Positions 29,882-30,000 of a stretch of 30,000 nucleotides of DNA are shown piece after piece; the stretch's first letter is position 1; every line of letters starts with the position of its first letter. The stretch is from the NCBI GenBank assembly GCA_031261005.1, contig JAISKF010000016.1, positions 106,300 to 136,299 of the forward strand. Direction: 5' to 3'. The notes beneath the pieces are model-generated. The model was not told the origin of the DNA and made no database searches. It saw only the letters and a program-made list of their open reading frames with translations. The position numbers and the translations under genes are program-made. Source of the stretch: Enterobacteriaceae bacterium (GTDB taxonomy: Bacteria > Pseudomonadota > Gammaproteobacteria > Enterobacterales > Enterobacteriaceae).

Positions 29882-30000
29882 AAAAAAATGACGTTTCAAA
29901 AAAGCCGCATCAAAGAATAATCAAGCCTAATTGCTCCAACAATTCACTCTGCTGATCCCGCGTTATCTTCACGCCAGTTAGATTAACCCGACGAATATCT

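Noticed and set aside
29603-29899. ORFs 29603-29800 (+) and 29702-29899 (-)
   Set aside because: The first is out of frame inside ydgI. The second spans the ydgI 3' end and the REP-like module, so neither is credible.
29910-30000. Possible 3' end of a minus-strand gene entering from the right edge (..DIRRVNLTGVKITRDQQSELLEQLGLIIL*, stop at 29912-29910)
   Set aside because: Only 29 codons are visible and I cannot recognise the family. It is plausible, given the open frame to the edge and the downstream REP hairpin, but not supportable as a called feature.

Overview
This looks like a chromosomal window from a moderately AT-rich Enterobacterales genome. Gene content and order suggest a Morganellaceae-like organism (Proteus/Providencia type), but that is inference only. 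Most of it is recognisable core metabolism, which I identified by recalling the E. coli orthologues. On the + strand: sapABCDF, fabI, rnb, the ivbL leader with ilvBN, uspE, ydgH and ydgI/arcD. On the - strand: ppnP and pntAB. The left 9.3 kb is a minus-strand cluster resembling E. coli ydiF-ydiO-ydiQRST and the cai/fix logic. It encodes a Pct/YdiF-type CoA-transferase, a MaoC (R)-hydratase, a clostridial-type butyryl-CoA dehydrogenase, a FixABCX-type ETF / ETF-quinone oxidoreductase / ferredoxin set, a GntP-like permease and a crotonase that runs off the window edge. I could not identify a complete defence, toxin or mobile system: there are no transposase, integrase, cas, tRNA or rRNA genes. 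Seven things seem worth a second look. (1) The acyl-CoA/ETF cluster as a possible quinol-driven enoyl-CoA reduction pathway with unknown substrate. (2) A 370-bp intergenic array of three degenerate 96-129 bp repeats inside that cluster, with a 14-bp-arm palindrome and iterated TTAACTAT motifs. (3) A run of 13-14 bp tandem repeats upstream of the crotonase gene. (4) A long AT-rich non-coding stretch carrying a perfect 27-bp palindrome. (5) A truncated eukaryotic-type (HKD) phospholipase D remnant wedged between the cluster and sapA. (6) GTAG-headed REP-like hairpins. (7) A composite repeat module shared by the 3' ends of uspE and ydgI. All homology statements come from memory and reading the translations by eye. 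Nothing was searched.
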